Numbered from the stretch's first letter, positions 29,433 to 39,543 are shown. The stretch is DNA of 64,000 bases from Pseudomonadota bacterium (GCA_023435725.1 JAEYRD010000044.1:37485-101484), one strand, 5' to 3'. Notes: generated by a model from the sequence alone, not told the origin. Numbers and translations: made by a program.

Positions 29433-29672
29433 TTACTTCCCTGCAGCCTTCCGTAGCGCCTCGTTGATGCGGTCCTGCCAGCCCGGGCCACCTTCCTGGA
29501 AGAACTCCAGCACGTCCTTATCGATGCGCAGCGTGACCTGCTCCCTGATCCCCGGCGCCACATTCTGCTTCGGCGGCGCCGCGGCAACCTTGGCGGTCAC
29601 CTTCTTGAACGCTGCCTCAGCCTCGGTCCGCGCGTCGCCCAATGTGCGTGGCCGCCTCGGTTGATCCGCCAT
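29433..29672 (-). CDS. BrnA-antitoxin-family ribbon-helix-helix protein
   Basis: EQVTLRIDKDVLEFF...GPGWQDRINEALR. Confidence 0.85.
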   Translation of the reverse strand: MADQPRRPRTLGDARTEAEAAFKKVTAKVAAAPPKQNVAPGIREQVTLRIDKDVLEFFQEGGPGWQDRINEALRKAAGK

Positions 29673-29675
29673 GTC

Positions 29676-30653
29676 CTAGATTCCCTCAAACAGAGCCGTC
29701 GAAAGATAGCGCTCGGAGAAGGACGGCACCACCGCCAGAATGGTCTTTCCCGCAGCTTCCGGCCGCTTGCCGATCTGGAGCGCCGCGGCGATCGCAGCGC
29801 CTGAGGAAATGCCGCCCGGAATGCCTTCATGCCGCGCCAGTGCGCGCGAGGTCTCGATCGCCGTCGTCGAATTGATCTTCACGATCTCGTCGATCACCGA
29901 GCGGTCAAGAATGTCGGGCACGAAACCGGCGCCGATGCCCTGGATCTTGTGCGGCGTGTGCTGGCCGCCCGAGAGCACCGGGCTTTCTTCCGGCTCGACC
30001 GCCACCACGCGCAGCGACGCCTTGCGCGGCTTGAGCACCTGGCCGACACCGGTGATGGTGCCACCGGTACCGACGCCGGCGACGAAGAAATCGATGTTGC
30101 CGGCGGTGTCGTTCCAGATCTCCTCCGCGGTGGTGCGGCGGTGCACCTCGGGATTGGCGAGGTTCTTGAACTGCTGCGGCATGACCGAGTTCGGCGTCGT
30201 CTTCAAGAGCTCCTCCGCCGTCGCGATTGCTCCCTTCATGCCTTGTGCGGCTGGCGTCAGCACCAGCTCTGCGCCGAGAAAGGCGAGCATCTTGCGCCGC
30301 TCGATCGACATCGACTCCGGCATCACCAGCTTGAGCCGGTAGCCGCGCGAGGCAGCGACGAAGGCGAGCGCGATGCCGGTATTGCCGGACGTCGGCTCGA
30401 TCAGCACGGTGTCAGGATTGATGATGTCCGCCTTCTCCATGGCGATGACCATGGCCGCGCCGATACGATCCTTCACGCTCGCGGCCGGATTGAAATATTC
30501 GAGTTTTGCCAAAATTGTCGCGTTCACGCCGTGCATGCCCGGCAACCTTCGCAAACGTACGATCGGCGTGTCGCCAAAAGCGTCGACGATCGAGTCATAG
30601 ACCCGGCCGCGGCCGGGTTGGTGCGCTGCACTCGCGGTGGTCGATGCGTCCAT
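29676..30653 (-). CDS. cysK: Cysteine synthase A
   Basis: [39 protein letters not shown]. Confidence 0.96.
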   Translation of the reverse strand: MDASTTASAAHQPGRGRVYDSIVDAFGDTPIVRLRRLPGMHGVNATILAKLEYFNPAASVKDRIGAAMVIAMEKADIINPDTVLIEPTSGNTGIALAFVAASRGYRLKLVMPESMSIERRKMLAFLGAELVLTPAAQGMKGAIATAEELLKTTPNSVMPQQFKNLANPEVHRRTTAEEIWNDTAGNIDFFVAGVGTGGTITGVGQVLKPRKASLRVVAVEPEESPVLSGGQHTPHKIQGIGAGFVPDILDRSVIDEIVKINSTTAIETSRALARHEGIPGGISSGAAIAAALQIGKRPEAAGKTILAVVPSFSERYLSTALFEGI

Positions 30654-30876
30654 GATGAACTCCCTGTGACGACAATTCGCGCTTCAATCGCAGCGCTAAC
30701 GCAGTTACGGACAGCTTGTGACGACACGCAAGCGGCAATGCGGCACATGTTAAATACGCTGCATCGCAAAATCGCGTGAGCTTCCGTGATCAGAAAACCA
30801 ACGCATTTGTGTTGCGACCTCGTCAACTGATTCGGCTTATGTTAGACTTAGGTCTTAAAGAAGGGAGGTCACCACG

Positions 30877-31095
30877 ATGCCAGCAATTGCTGAAGTGCTG
30901 CCGACCGTCGCGCACCGCCCCGATCCGCGTTGCAGCGAGTTGCCCACCTGTCCCGTCTGCGCCGACTCCATGGTCGCTGCGGAAGCGTCCGCATACGTCT
31001 CGGACCAACTGATCAGCTATCTCTGGACCTGCGACACCTGCGGTTATGGCTTCGTGACCAAGCACGCCGTCAAGCAGCGGATCGTTTGCAATTGA
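30877..31095 (+). CDS. Small zinc-ribbon hypothetical protein
   Basis: GGGAGG RBS, CPVC and CDTC pairs. Confidence 0.75.
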   Translation: MPAIAEVLPTVAHRPDPRCSELPTCPVCADSMVAAEASAYVSDQLISYLWTCDTCGYGFVTKHAVKQRIVCN

Positions 31096-31110
31096 CCTTG
31101 CGCAATCGAC

Positions 31111-32259
31111 CTAGCGTGGGGCGATGTCGCCCCTCGCCCAGTCCTCGCGCGTCCGCTGATAGAACTCTTCGAACGTTCCCTGCGCGATCGCGTCTCTGAT
31201 GCCCTGCATCAGGAACTGGTAGTAGGCGATATTGATCTCGGACAGCAGCATCGCCCCCAGCGTCTCGCCCGCCTTGACGAGATGGTGCAGATAGGCGCGG
31301 GCGCAGTTGCTCGTCGACGGCCACGCGCTCTCTTCGTCCAGCGGACGGGGATCGTCGGCATGGCGCGCGTTGCGCAAATTCACCTGGCCGAAGCGGGTAA
31401 AGGCAACGCCATGCCGGCCATTGCGCGTCGGCATGACGCAATCGAACATGTCGACGCCGCGCTTCACCGCTTCGAGAATATCGTCGGGCGTGCCGACGCC
31501 CATCAGATAGCGCGGCCGGTCAGTCGGCAGCGCCGGCGCGGTCTCGTCGATCATCGCCAGCATCACGGCCTGCGGCTCGCCGACGGCGAGGCCGCCGATC
31601 GCATAGCCGTGGAACCCGATCTCGACGAGGACCTGCGCGCTCGCGTGGCGAAGCTGCGGAATGTCGCCGCCCTGCACGATGCCGAACAGCATGTAGCCGT
31701 CGGGCGCGCTCTCGAACGCGCGCTTGGAGCGTTCGGCCCAGCGCAGCGACAGGCGCATCGCGCGCTCGATGTCATCGCGCTCGGCCGGCAGGCGCACGCA
31801 TTCGTCCATCTGCATGGCGATGTCGGAGCCGAGGAAACGCTGCACCTCGATCGAACGCTCCGGCGAGAGCTCGACCTTGGCGCCATCGATATGCGAGCGG
31901 AAGGTGACGGCGTTCTCGCTGACCTTGCGCAGGTCCGACAGCGACATCACCTGAAAGCCGCCGGAATCCGTCAGCATCGGCCCGTTCCAGCCCGTGAACC
32001 GCTGCAGGCCGCCGAGCGCTGCGATGCGCTCGGCACCGGGGCGCAGCATCAGATGGTAGGTATTACCGAGCACGATGTCGGCGCCGGCATCGCGCACCTC
32101 GCGCCAGTGCATGCCCTTCATTGCGCCGGCAGTGCCGACCGGCATGAAGGCCGGCGTGCGCACCACGCCGTGCGGCGTGGTCAGGCGGCCGGTGCGTGCG
32201 GCGCCATCGATGCCGAGCAGCTCGAAATGATTGGGTAGACTGTTGTCGGGACGATTCAT
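31111..32259 (-). CDS. tgt: tRNA-guanine(34) transglycosylase
   Basis: [40 protein letters not shown]. Confidence 0.96.
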   Translation of the reverse strand: MNRPDNSLPNHFELLGIDGAARTGRLTTPHGVVRTPAFMPVGTAGAMKGMHWREVRDAGADIVLGNTYHLMLRPGAERIAALGGLQRFTGWNGPMLTDSGGFQVMSLSDLRKVSENAVTFRSHIDGAKVELSPERSIEVQRFLGSDIAMQMDECVRLPAERDDIERAMRLSLRWAERSKRAFESAPDGYMLFGIVQGGDIPQLRHASAQVLVEIGFHGYAIGGLAVGEPQAVMLAMIDETAPALPTDRPRYLMGVGTPDDILEAVKRGVDMFDCVMPTRNGRHGVAFTRFGQVNLRNARHADDPRPLDEESAWPSTSNCARAYLHHLVKAGETLGAMLLSEINIAYYQFLMQGIRDAIAQGTFEEFYQRTREDWARGDIAPR

Positions 32260-32362
32260 GGCGGTGCTTATTGCGTGTCGGGCGAGGCCGATCAACCCGC
32301 TCAGGGCCGCTTGATGCCTCAGACTGGGACACATTTAACGCGGACGTGATATCCGCCGCGGC

Positions 32363-32392
32363 TTGCCGAACAAAACGATACAGTGTAGTTTT
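32363..32392 (+). promoter_or_regulatory. Sigma70-type promoter overlapped by a putative TetR operator
   Basis: TTGCCG-N17-TAGTTT with AAAACGATACAGTGTAGTTTT (32372-32392). A near-identical motif occurs at 34589. Confidence 0.6.
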
Positions 32393-32466
32393 GGTCGTTG
32401 GGGGCTGGACGAGATGCCGCGGCGGATTGCCGGCGGCCGTATCCGCGTGATCGCCAGCCGCCGAAG

Positions 32467-33648
32467 ATGCCCTTACCCTCATGTTCGACTGACGTGCCCA
32501 ACCCTTCCGATCGCTGGCTGAAGAGGACAGGCGTCCGCCTGATTGGGTCCCTCGTTTTGGCGTGCAGCCTGGCACTCTCCGCCTGCACCTCCCTGCCCCG
32601 CACGCCCTATACGGCCGCCGATGCCAGCACCTCGCGCGTGCTCGATATCGACGGATTGCGCCGCTACGCCGACGAGCCCGTCACGAAATTCAGCTTCGAG
32701 AAGGACACCAGCACAGCGGCCAAGAGCTACCTGGCGCTTTCAGGCGGCGGCGCCGACGGGGCTTACGGCGTCGGCGTGCTGAACGGCTGGACCGCGGCCG
32801 GCACCCGCCCCACCTTCTCGGTCGTCTCGGGCGTGAGCACCGGCGGCTTGATCGCGCCCTTTGCGTTCCTCGGCTCGCAATACGACGACACGCTGCGGGA
32901 GGTCTACACCAGCGGCATCGCCGAGAGCCTGCTGAACGATCCCAGCATCATGCGCGTGCTGTTCGGATCCGGCCTGTTCGGCAACACGCGGCTGCGCGAG
33001 CTTGTCGCCCGCTATGTCGGACCTGAGATCATGGCCCAGGTCGCGCGCGAGAATGCCAGGGGCCGGAAGCTGCTGGTGGTGACGACCGATCTCGACACGC
33101 AGCGGACCGCGATCTGGGACATGGGCAAGATCGCTGCGGTCGGAACACCCGAAGCGCTAAAACTGTTTCGCGACGTGATGGCGGCTTCCGCCAGCATCCC
33201 GCTGGTATTTCCGCCCATCATGATCGACGCCGAAGGCCAGGGCCGCAGATTTCAGGAGATGCATGTCGACGGCGGCGTCACGGCGCCGGTGCTGACGCTG
33301 CCGGAAGCCCTGCTCTCCCAGGACCGCTTGCCGGGCAACGCGCGGATGAACATCTACATCCTCGTCAACAAGAAGATCGAACGCAATTTCGAGCTCGTGT
33401 CCAACGGCACCATCGACGTTGCCTCACGCAGCCTGTCGTCGATCACGCAGTCGCAGACGCGCTCGATCATCTTCTCGACCTATGATTTCGCCAAGCGCAA
33501 CCACCTGGGCTTCCACCTCTCCTACATCGCGCGGGATTATCCGGCGCCTCCCTCGGAAGGGTTCGACACCGCCTATATGCGGGCGCTGTATCAGTACGGA
33601 TATGAGAAGGCGGCAGCGGGCCAGGCGTGGACATCGATGCTGCCGTGA
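32467..33648 (+). CDS. Patatin-like phospholipase lipoprotein
   Basis: Lipobox LALSAC, LSGGGADG, GVSTG, HVDGG. Start uncertain. Confidence 0.9.
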   Translation: MPLPSCSTDVPNPSDRWLKRTGVRLIGSLVLACSLALSACTSLPRTPYTAADASTSRVLDIDGLRRYADEPVTKFSFEKDTSTAAKSYLALSGGGADGAYGVGVLNGWTAAGTRPTFSVVSGVSTGGLIAPFAFLGSQYDDTLREVYTSGIAESLLNDPSIMRVLFGSGLFGNTRLRELVARYVGPEIMAQVARENARGRKLLVVTTDLDTQRTAIWDMGKIAAVGTPEALKLFRDVMAASASIPLVFPPIMIDAEGQGRRFQEMHVDGGVTAPVLTLPEALLSQDRLPGNARMNIYILVNKKIERNFELVSNGTIDVASRSLSSITQSQTRSIIFSTYDFAKRNHLGFHLSYIARDYPAPPSEGFDTAYMRALYQYGYEKAAAGQAWTSMLP

Positions 33649-33746
33649 AGCTTCGTGACGGAACGACGCCTTGCTGAAACCGTTGACGATACGGCCAATT
33701 CGGCCAGATTCGCGATGACGCCTCCGCTCCTGCGCGATATAGAGCA

Positions 33747-34529
33747 ATGACGACCATCGGAACTGCGCAGGGATCACTGGGCATGGGATTGACTGCGACC
33801 AGGACAAGATCGGCAGCGCCACGGCGCGAGGTGCCGAAATCGCGCGGCGGCCGGCCGACGAAAACGGCCGCGATCGAGCGCGACCAGAGGCTGATCGAGG
33901 TCGCCACGCGCCTGTTCCTGGATCGCGGCTTCGATGCGACCTCGCTCGATGCGGTCGCGGAGGCGGCCCGGGTCAGCAAGCCCACCGTCTATTCCCGCTA
34001 TGGCGACAAGCGCGGCCTGTTTGCCGCCGTGCTCCGGCGCGAAATCGAGCGTTGGCTTGCGCCCCTGTCGGCTGCGGCGGAAACGCAGCTCGGCAGTGAC
34101 GCGGACATCTCTGTCGAGCAGCGGCTGGTCGAGATCGGGCGCGAGATGCTCACTTTCACCTGCGGACCCGACGCCGTCGCCTTCAGCCGCATGATGACGT
34201 CACAGGCCATAAACTTCCCCGACGTCGCCAAGCTCGGCAAGGAGGAAGGCTGGCTCAAGGCTGTCGCCACCACGGCGCGCTTCTTCGATCATCTGGTGGC
34301 GCAAGGCGCCCTCGACGTCGACGACACCACCATCGCGGCGGAAGTGTTTCTCGATGTCGTTGTCGGCCACAACCATCGCCTGGCAACGTTTGGAACCGCG
34401 CCGGAAATCAAGGCTGCCGAAAAACGAATGCGCGCGGCGATCAAGCTGTTCCTCGCCGGTGCGCTGGGACCTGCGGATCGCGTCCAGAACGCCGCCAGGA
34501 GCACGCAGCGGCGGCGCCCGTCCCGCTGA
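33747..34529 (+). CDS. TetR/AcrR family transcriptional regulator
   Basis: HTH GFDATSLDAVAEAARVSKPTVYSRYGDK. Confidence 0.92.
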   Translation: MTTIGTAQGSLGMGLTATRTRSAAPRREVPKSRGGRPTKTAAIERDQRLIEVATRLFLDRGFDATSLDAVAEAARVSKPTVYSRYGDKRGLFAAVLRREIERWLAPLSAAAETQLGSDADISVEQRLVEIGREMLTFTCGPDAVAFSRMMTSQAINFPDVAKLGKEEGWLKAVATTARFFDHLVAQGALDVDDTTIAAEVFLDVVVGHNHRLATFGTAPEIKAAEKRMRAAIKLFLAGALGPADRVQNAARSTQRRRPSR

Positions 34530-34577
34530 CAATTCCGTGAAGTTGCGATCTATCCCCAACGGGGTCACGCCCCGTCA

Positions 34578-34609
34578 TTGACCAAAATAAAACGATACGG
34601 TATGGTTTA
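34578..34609 (+). promoter_or_regulatory. Sigma70-type promoter overlapped by a putative TetR operator
   Basis: TTGACC-N17-TATGGT with AAAACGATACGGTATGGTTTA (34589-34609). Confidence 0.65.
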
Positions 34610-34784
34610 ATTATAGAGCGATGCGGACCGCTTTTTTTCACCAGCCCCAAGAGAGGTCCGTACCGCTTCGATCGCCGCGGCGGGTACAGCCCGTTGCGGC
34701 GCTCCCGCGGCCGGCCAATGCCCAAGGTCGGCCGCGTCTTCTTTCGGATGATCAGGCCCCGCGCGCCGGCCAGAGGTTTCGAGC

Positions 34785-35387
34785 ATGAAGACGGCCAAAC
34801 GACATCTCTCGCAGTTGCTTGGAATCGCGCTGTCCGCGCTCCTCCTCGCAGGACCGGCGCGAGCGATCGTCAACACGGGTACGCCGACCGCCCTTCATGG
34901 CGAAACAGATGGTGATGCCGGGGCTGATCGCCAGGCCGTCAGCCGCGAGATCGAGCGCTTCCGCAGCTCCTCGATCTCGATCAGCCAGGCCATGGCGATC
35001 GCCGAGGCCCGTCATGCCGGCGCCACGACGGCTGATGTGAGTTTTGACGGAGCCTCCGGCGTGCCGGTCTACCGGGTGAAAACCCTGCACAACGACCGGA
35101 TCTGGCGCCACACCATCAATGCCACAACCGGCGAGCTCGTCGGCGGAGAAGCCGCCCTTCCCCTTGCCGAGCTCGACCTCGACGATCGCAGCAATCTCGC
35201 AGCGCTCGGGGCGATCAGGCACCGCCTCGCGGATGCCGTGCGCGTCGCCGAGCGCGCAGCCTCCGGCAAGGCGATCAGCGGCGGCCTCATCCGCGAACGC
35301 GGCCGGCTGAATTTCGCAATCGTCGTCATCAGCGGCGACGACCTCAAGGAGGTCATCCTCGAGCCGCCGGGCGCCCGGGCCAAGTAG
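34785..35387 (+). CDS. PepSY-domain secreted protein
   Basis: Signal peptide, ISISQAMAIAE, INATTGELV, second repeat LADAVRVAE. Confidence 0.8.
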   Translation: MKTAKRHLSQLLGIALSALLLAGPARAIVNTGTPTALHGETDGDAGADRQAVSREIERFRSSSISISQAMAIAEARHAGATTADVSFDGASGVPVYRVKTLHNDRIWRHTINATTGELVGGEAALPLAELDLDDRSNLAALGAIRHRLADAVRVAERAASGKAISGGLIRERGRLNFAIVVISGDDLKEVILEPPGARAK

Positions 35388-35465
35388 CGGCAAATCCCGC
35401 TTACGGCCACAATCCCGCCGGAAAGCCATTGACGGACGCAGGACTCTCCCGCATAAGTCCCCGCC

Positions 35466-35537
35466 ATGTTCACGACCACCAAACGCACGACCAAAACCAC
35501 CACGGCCTTCGGGGCCCGGGGAGGCGTGCGCGCGTAG
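35466..35537 (+). CDS. Thr-rich leader peptide of asd (MFTTTKRTTKTTTAFGARGGVRA)
   Basis: 23 codons with 8 Thr and 2 Lys within codons 3-13, followed by a terminator and then asd. Confidence 0.85.
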   Translation: MFTTTKRTTKTTTAFGARGGVRA

Positions 35538-35566
35538 TCGTCGACTTAAACGCATCAGCTCTACCG

Positions 35567-35598
35567 AAGCCCCGCCCTCGATGGTCCGGGGCTTTTTT
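35567..35598 (+). terminator. Attenuator terminator upstream of asd
   Basis: AAGCCCCG...CGGGGCTT plus U-run. Confidence 0.85.
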
Positions 35599-35615
35599 GT
35601 TGCCTGAAACTCAAC

Positions 35616-35662
35616 AGCATGATCCGGAAAAGTGGAACCCGGTTTTCCGACAAGATCATGCT
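35616..35662. repeat. Rhizobial REP-like palindrome
   Basis: AGCATGATCCGGAAAA...TTTTCCGACAAGATCATGCT inverted repeat. Confidence 0.75.
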
Positions 35663-35682
35663 CAACTGAAATGGAGGACAAA

Positions 35683-36708
35683 GTGAGTAACGATCCCGTC
35701 GTCGCGATTGTCGGCGTCACCGGTGCGGTGGGCGCCGAATTCATCGCCACCATGGACAAGCGCGGCTTTCGCGTCGGCAAGCTCAAGGCGCTGGCGAGCG
35801 CCCGTTCGGCCGGCAAGACGGTGTCGTTCCGCGGCAAGGACGTCGTCATCGAGGAATTGACCGAGCGCGCCTTCGAAGGCGTCGACATCGCCCTGTTCTC
35901 CGCCGGCAGCGGCATCTCGAAGAAGTACGCACCGATTGCGGTCAAGTCCGGCGCCGTCGTAGTCGACAACTCCTCCGCCTTCCGCATGGACCCGAACGTG
36001 CCGCTGGTGATCCCCGAGATCAACGCGAACCGTATCCGCGACCACAAGGGCATCATCGCGAACCCGAACTGCGCCGCGATCACCGCGCTGGTGCCGCTCT
36101 GGCCGATCCACCAGAAGAACCGCATCAAGCGCGTGATCATCTCGACCTACCAGGCGGCCTCCGGCGCCGGCGCTGCCGCGATGGACGAGCTCGTCGAGTC
36201 CACCCGCGCCAATCTCAACGGGCAAGTCTATACGCCCAAGGTGATGCCGCACCCCTACGCCTTCAATCTGTTCAACCACAACACCGCTGTCGATCCGGAG
36301 ACCGGCTACAACGACGAAGAGACCAAGGTCATCAAGGAGACCCGCAAGATCTTCGAGGACGAGACGATCGCGGTCGGCGTCACCTGCGTCCGCGTGCCGG
36401 TGCTCCGCGCGCACTGCGAGGCCATCACCTTCGAGTGCGAAAAGCCGATCAGCGAGGACCAGGTCCGCGCCATCATGGCGCAGGCGCCCGGCGTGAAGCT
36501 CGTCGACGATCGCGTGAAGAACTACTTCCCGATGCCGATCGACGCTTCGGGCCAGGACGACGTCCTGGTCGGCCGCATCCGCAAGGATCTCAGCGATCCC
36601 TCGGGGCATTCGATCTCGATGTTCGTCGCGGCGGATCAGCTCTTGAAGGGGGCGGCGCTGAACGCGGTCCAGATCGCCGAACTGCTGCCGCAGCGCGTGA
36701 TGGCATAG
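35683..36708 (+). CDS. asd: Aspartate-semialdehyde dehydrogenase
   Basis: GVTGAVG, VDNSSAFRM, IIANPNC, STYQAASGAG, CVRVPV, LLKGAALN. GTG start after GGAGG. Confidence 0.96.
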   Translation: MSNDPVVAIVGVTGAVGAEFIATMDKRGFRVGKLKALASARSAGKTVSFRGKDVVIEELTERAFEGVDIALFSAGSGISKKYAPIAVKSGAVVVDNSSAFRMDPNVPLVIPEINANRIRDHKGIIANPNCAAITALVPLWPIHQKNRIKRVIISTYQAASGAGAAAMDELVESTRANLNGQVYTPKVMPHPYAFNLFNHNTAVDPETGYNDEETKVIKETRKIFEDETIAVGVTCVRVPVLRAHCEAITFECEKPISEDQVRAIMAQAPGVKLVDDRVKNYFPMPIDASGQDDVLVGRIRKDLSDPSGHSISMFVAADQLLKGAALNAVQIAELLPQRVMA

Positions 36709-36719
36709 AAGGGAAAAGC

Positions 36720-36836
36720 GTGGGTGGGCAAAGGCGCGCAAGCGCCGTGCCCACCACTCGTACCACGCATTCAAAGAAGATGGTGGGCACGCTTCCGCCT
36801 TCGCTCTTCGAGCTACGGCGGACAAGTCGCTTTGCC
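36720..36836. repeat. Composite REP-like element between convergent asd and queA
   Basis: GGGTGGGCAAAGGCGC...GTGCCCACC and an inverted GGTGGGCACGC...CTTTGCC with a nested CCGCC...GGCGG hairpin. Confidence 0.7.
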
Positions 36837-36854
36837 GCCGTTACGGCGCCGGCG

Positions 36855-37928
36855 TTAGTCCCGTGTCCGGAACAGCAGGCACGCGTCCCCATACGAATAG
36901 AACCGGTAGCCATCCGCAATCGCATGCGCGTAGGCCCGCTTCATCGTGTCGAGCCCTGCGAACGCCGACACCAGCATGAACAGCGTCGAGCGCGGCAAGT
37001 GAAAATTGGTCAGGAGAATATCGACGAAGCGGAAGCGATAGCCGGGGGTGATGAAGATCGACGTCTCGGCCGCGAACGGCTGAACGGTGCCATCCTCGCT
37101 GGCGGCGCTTTCCAGCAGCCGCAATGACGTCGTGCCGACGGCGATGATGCGGCCGCCGTTCTTCCGCGCGGAGTTGAGCCGCTCCGCCGTCTCGGCCGAG
37201 ATCGTGCCCCACTCCGCATGCATCTTGTGGCCTTCGGTGTCGTCGACCTTCACCGGCAGGAACGTCCCCGCGCCGACATGCAGCGTGAGGCGGTTGATGC
37301 CGACGCCGCGCTCGCGTAGCGCCTGCTCCAGCGCAGGCGTGAAATGCAGGCCCGCGGTGGGAGCCGCGACCGCGCCTTCATTGGCGGCGAACATGGTCTG
37401 GTAGTCGGCAAGGTCCTGATCGTCAGGCGTACGCTTCGAGGCGATGTAGGGCGGCAGCGGCGGGCTGCCGAGATCGGCGATTGCCTGATCGAGCGCCGGA
37501 CCGTGGAACGAGAATGACAGCGTCACCTCGCCCTCCACGCCCTTGGCCTCGACCTCGGCGTCGAGATGGCCGAGCAGGCAGACCTTGCCTTCATTGCCGA
37601 AGCGGATGCGGTCGCCGGCGACGAGTTTCTTCGCAGGCTTCACCAGTGCCTGCCAGCGCGAACCGTCGAGCCGCTTGATCAGCGTCGCCTCGACCTTCGG
37701 CTCGGTCTCGCGGCCGATGCGGCGGCCTTTCAATTGCGCCGAAATCACCTTGGTGTCGTTGACGACGATCTGATCGCCCGCCTTCAGCCATTGCGGCAGG
37801 TCGGTGATGATCTGGTCGCGCAGTGCACCTCTCTCCACGACCAGCAGCCGCGCGGAGTCGCGCGGGCTCGCCGGGCGCAGGGCGATGCGCTCGGCTGGCA
37901 GGTCGAAATCGAAGAGATCAGTGCGCAT
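36855..37928 (-). CDS. queA: S-adenosylmethionine:tRNA ribosyltransferase-isomerase
   Basis: [48 protein letters not shown]. Confidence 0.96.
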   Translation of the reverse strand: MRTDLFDFDLPAERIALRPASPRDSARLLVVERGALRDQIITDLPQWLKAGDQIVVNDTKVISAQLKGRRIGRETEPKVEATLIKRLDGSRWQALVKPAKKLVAGDRIRFGNEGKVCLLGHLDAEVEAKGVEGEVTLSFSFHGPALDQAIADLGSPPLPPYIASKRTPDDQDLADYQTMFAANEGAVAAPTAGLHFTPALEQALRERGVGINRLTLHVGAGTFLPVKVDDTEGHKMHAEWGTISAETAERLNSARKNGGRIIAVGTTSLRLLESAASEDGTVQPFAAETSIFITPGYRFRFVDILLTNFHLPRSTLFMLVSAFAGLDTMKRAYAHAIADGYRFYSYGDACLLFRTRD

Positions 37929-37956
37929 GGTCAAGTCTGGCGCAGCACAGCCAGGC

Positions 37957-38055
37957 CCTCATCCTGAGGAGCGCGGAACGCGCGTCTCGAAGGATGAAGG
38001 CCCGGTCTGTGGCCTCATGGTTCGAGACGGCGCTGCGCGCCTCCTCACCATGAGG
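37957..38055. repeat. REP-like palindromic element
   Basis: CCTCATCCTGAGGAGCGC...GTCTCGAA / TTCGAGAC...CTCCTCACCATGAGG long imperfect inverted repeat. Confidence 0.75.
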
Positions 38056-38063
38056 GAAAACGC

Positions 38064-38528
38064 TCACTCCTTGTCCGCCGCCATCCGCGCCTTGACGATC
38101 TTGTCGGGATTCTGCACGGGCTCGCCGCGCTTGATCTTGTCGACATTCTCCATGCCCTCGGTGACCTTGCCCCACACCGTGTACTGGTTGTCGAGGAAGC
38201 GGGCGTCGTCGAAGCAGATGAAGAACTGGCTGTCGCCGGAATCGGGGCTCGCGGCGCGGGCCATCGAGGCGGTGCCGCGCACATGGGGCTCCTTGTTGAA
38301 TTCGGCCTTCAGCTTCTTGCCGGAGCCGCCGGTGCCCGTGCCGTGCGGACAGCCGGTCTGCGCCATGAAGCCCTCGATCACGCGGTGGAACACGATGCCG
38401 TCGTAGAAGCCCTCGCGGACCAGCTCCTTGATGCGCGCGACATGGCCGGGCGCGAGATCGGGCCGCATCTCGATGGTGACGGGGCCCTGCGTGGTCTCGA
38501 GGATCAGGGTGTTTTCGGTGACGCTCAT
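38064..38528 (-). CDS. Cyclophilin-type peptidyl-prolyl isomerase (cytoplasmic)
   Basis: FHRVIEGFMAQTG, SMAR, SQFFI. Confidence 0.93.
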   Translation of the reverse strand: MSVTENTLILETTQGPVTIEMRPDLAPGHVARIKELVREGFYDGIVFHRVIEGFMAQTGCPHGTGTGGSGKKLKAEFNKEPHVRGTASMARAASPDSGDSQFFICFDDARFLDNQYTVWGKVTEGMENVDKIKRGEPVQNPDKIVKARMAADKE

Positions 38529-38935
38529 GCTCGTCTCTCTTGCGTTGGGGGTGAAGTCTTCCGGCTGCGGAACTGGATCGCAAATGGACGTCCCGCGGCG
38601 GCGCCGGCCATTGCATCGGTAAATGGCATCGGCGTGCAACGTTGCAACGCCTCCATCACCGCGATCCGGTATTGCAGCCGGTCATTGTCCGAGGCCTCCG
38701 CGGATTCATAGGAAATCCTCGGATGACCCAAAATGTTTCCGGACCGGTTAAAGCTCACGACGACGGTGATGTCGATAGGGCGAGCCTTGGCGGCCGGCGG
38801 CGGCTTCCAGCAGGTACGCAGATGCTGGAAGACGTCCTTGATGGTGTCGACCGGCGCGTCCTCGGCGGCTGCGCTGGAGACGCCGAGCAGCAGCGTCGCG
38901 GCAGCCAGCAGGAGCTTATTGCCGCTACGCGCCAT
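38525..38935 (-). CDS. Secreted protein resembling a TonB/TolA C-terminal domain
   Basis: Signal peptide, CWKPP, VSFNRSG, ALQRCTP. Confidence 0.7.
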   Translation of the reverse strand: MARSGNKLLLAAATLLLGVSSAAAEDAPVDTIKDVFQHLRTCWKPPPAAKARPIDITVVVSFNRSGNILGHPRISYESAEASDNDRLQYRIAVMEALQRCTPMPFTDAMAGAAAGRPFAIQFRSRKTSPPTQERRA

Positions 38936-38943
38936 GGCCGCTC

Positions 38944-39507
38944 CTATTTGATGTCGGAAGCGACCTGCACCTTCACCATCTTGTCAGGATCGGTGACAGA
39001 GCCGCTTGCCGAGCCGGGCGGCGCCTTCTTCAGCTTGTCGACGACATCCATGCCCTGCACGACCTCGCCGATCACGGTGTACTGGCCGTCGAGGCTGCCA
39101 CCGTCAGCGAACATGATGAAGAACTGCGAGTTGGCGCTGTCGACGCTGTCGCCGCGCCGGGCCATGCCGACGATGCCGCGCGCGAAATGCACCTTGGAGA
39201 ATTCCTGCTTCAGGTTCGGATATTTCGAGCCGCCGGTGCCGTTGAAATTCTGGCCGTCGCCGGTCTGCGCCATGAAGCCGTCCATGACGCGATGGAACGG
39301 CACGTTGTTGTAGTAACCCTCACGCGCCAGCTGCTTGATACGCTCGGCATGCTGGGGCGCGAGATCATTGCGCAGCTTGATGACGATGCGGCCCTTGGTG
39401 GTGTCGATGACGATGGCGTTGGCCTTGTCGAGGTTGGCGGGCAGTTGCTGCGCCACCGCGGGCACCGCGAACACGAGCGCGGCAAGAACTGCGAGAATTC
39501 GGATCAT
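38944..39507 (-). CDS. Cyclophilin-type peptidyl-prolyl isomerase (periplasmic)
   Basis: Signal peptide, FHRVMDGFMAQTGD, SANSQFFI. Confidence 0.93.
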   Translation of the reverse strand: MIRILAVLAALVFAVPAVAQQLPANLDKANAIVIDTTKGRIVIKLRNDLAPQHAERIKQLAREGYYNNVPFHRVMDGFMAQTGDGQNFNGTGGSKYPNLKQEFSKVHFARGIVGMARRGDSVDSANSQFFIMFADGGSLDGQYTVIGEVVQGMDVVDKLKKAPPGSASGSVTDPDKMVKVQVASDIK

Positions 39508-39543
39508 GACAACTCCGGATCAGATAAAAGAAGAAGCGCGCCG

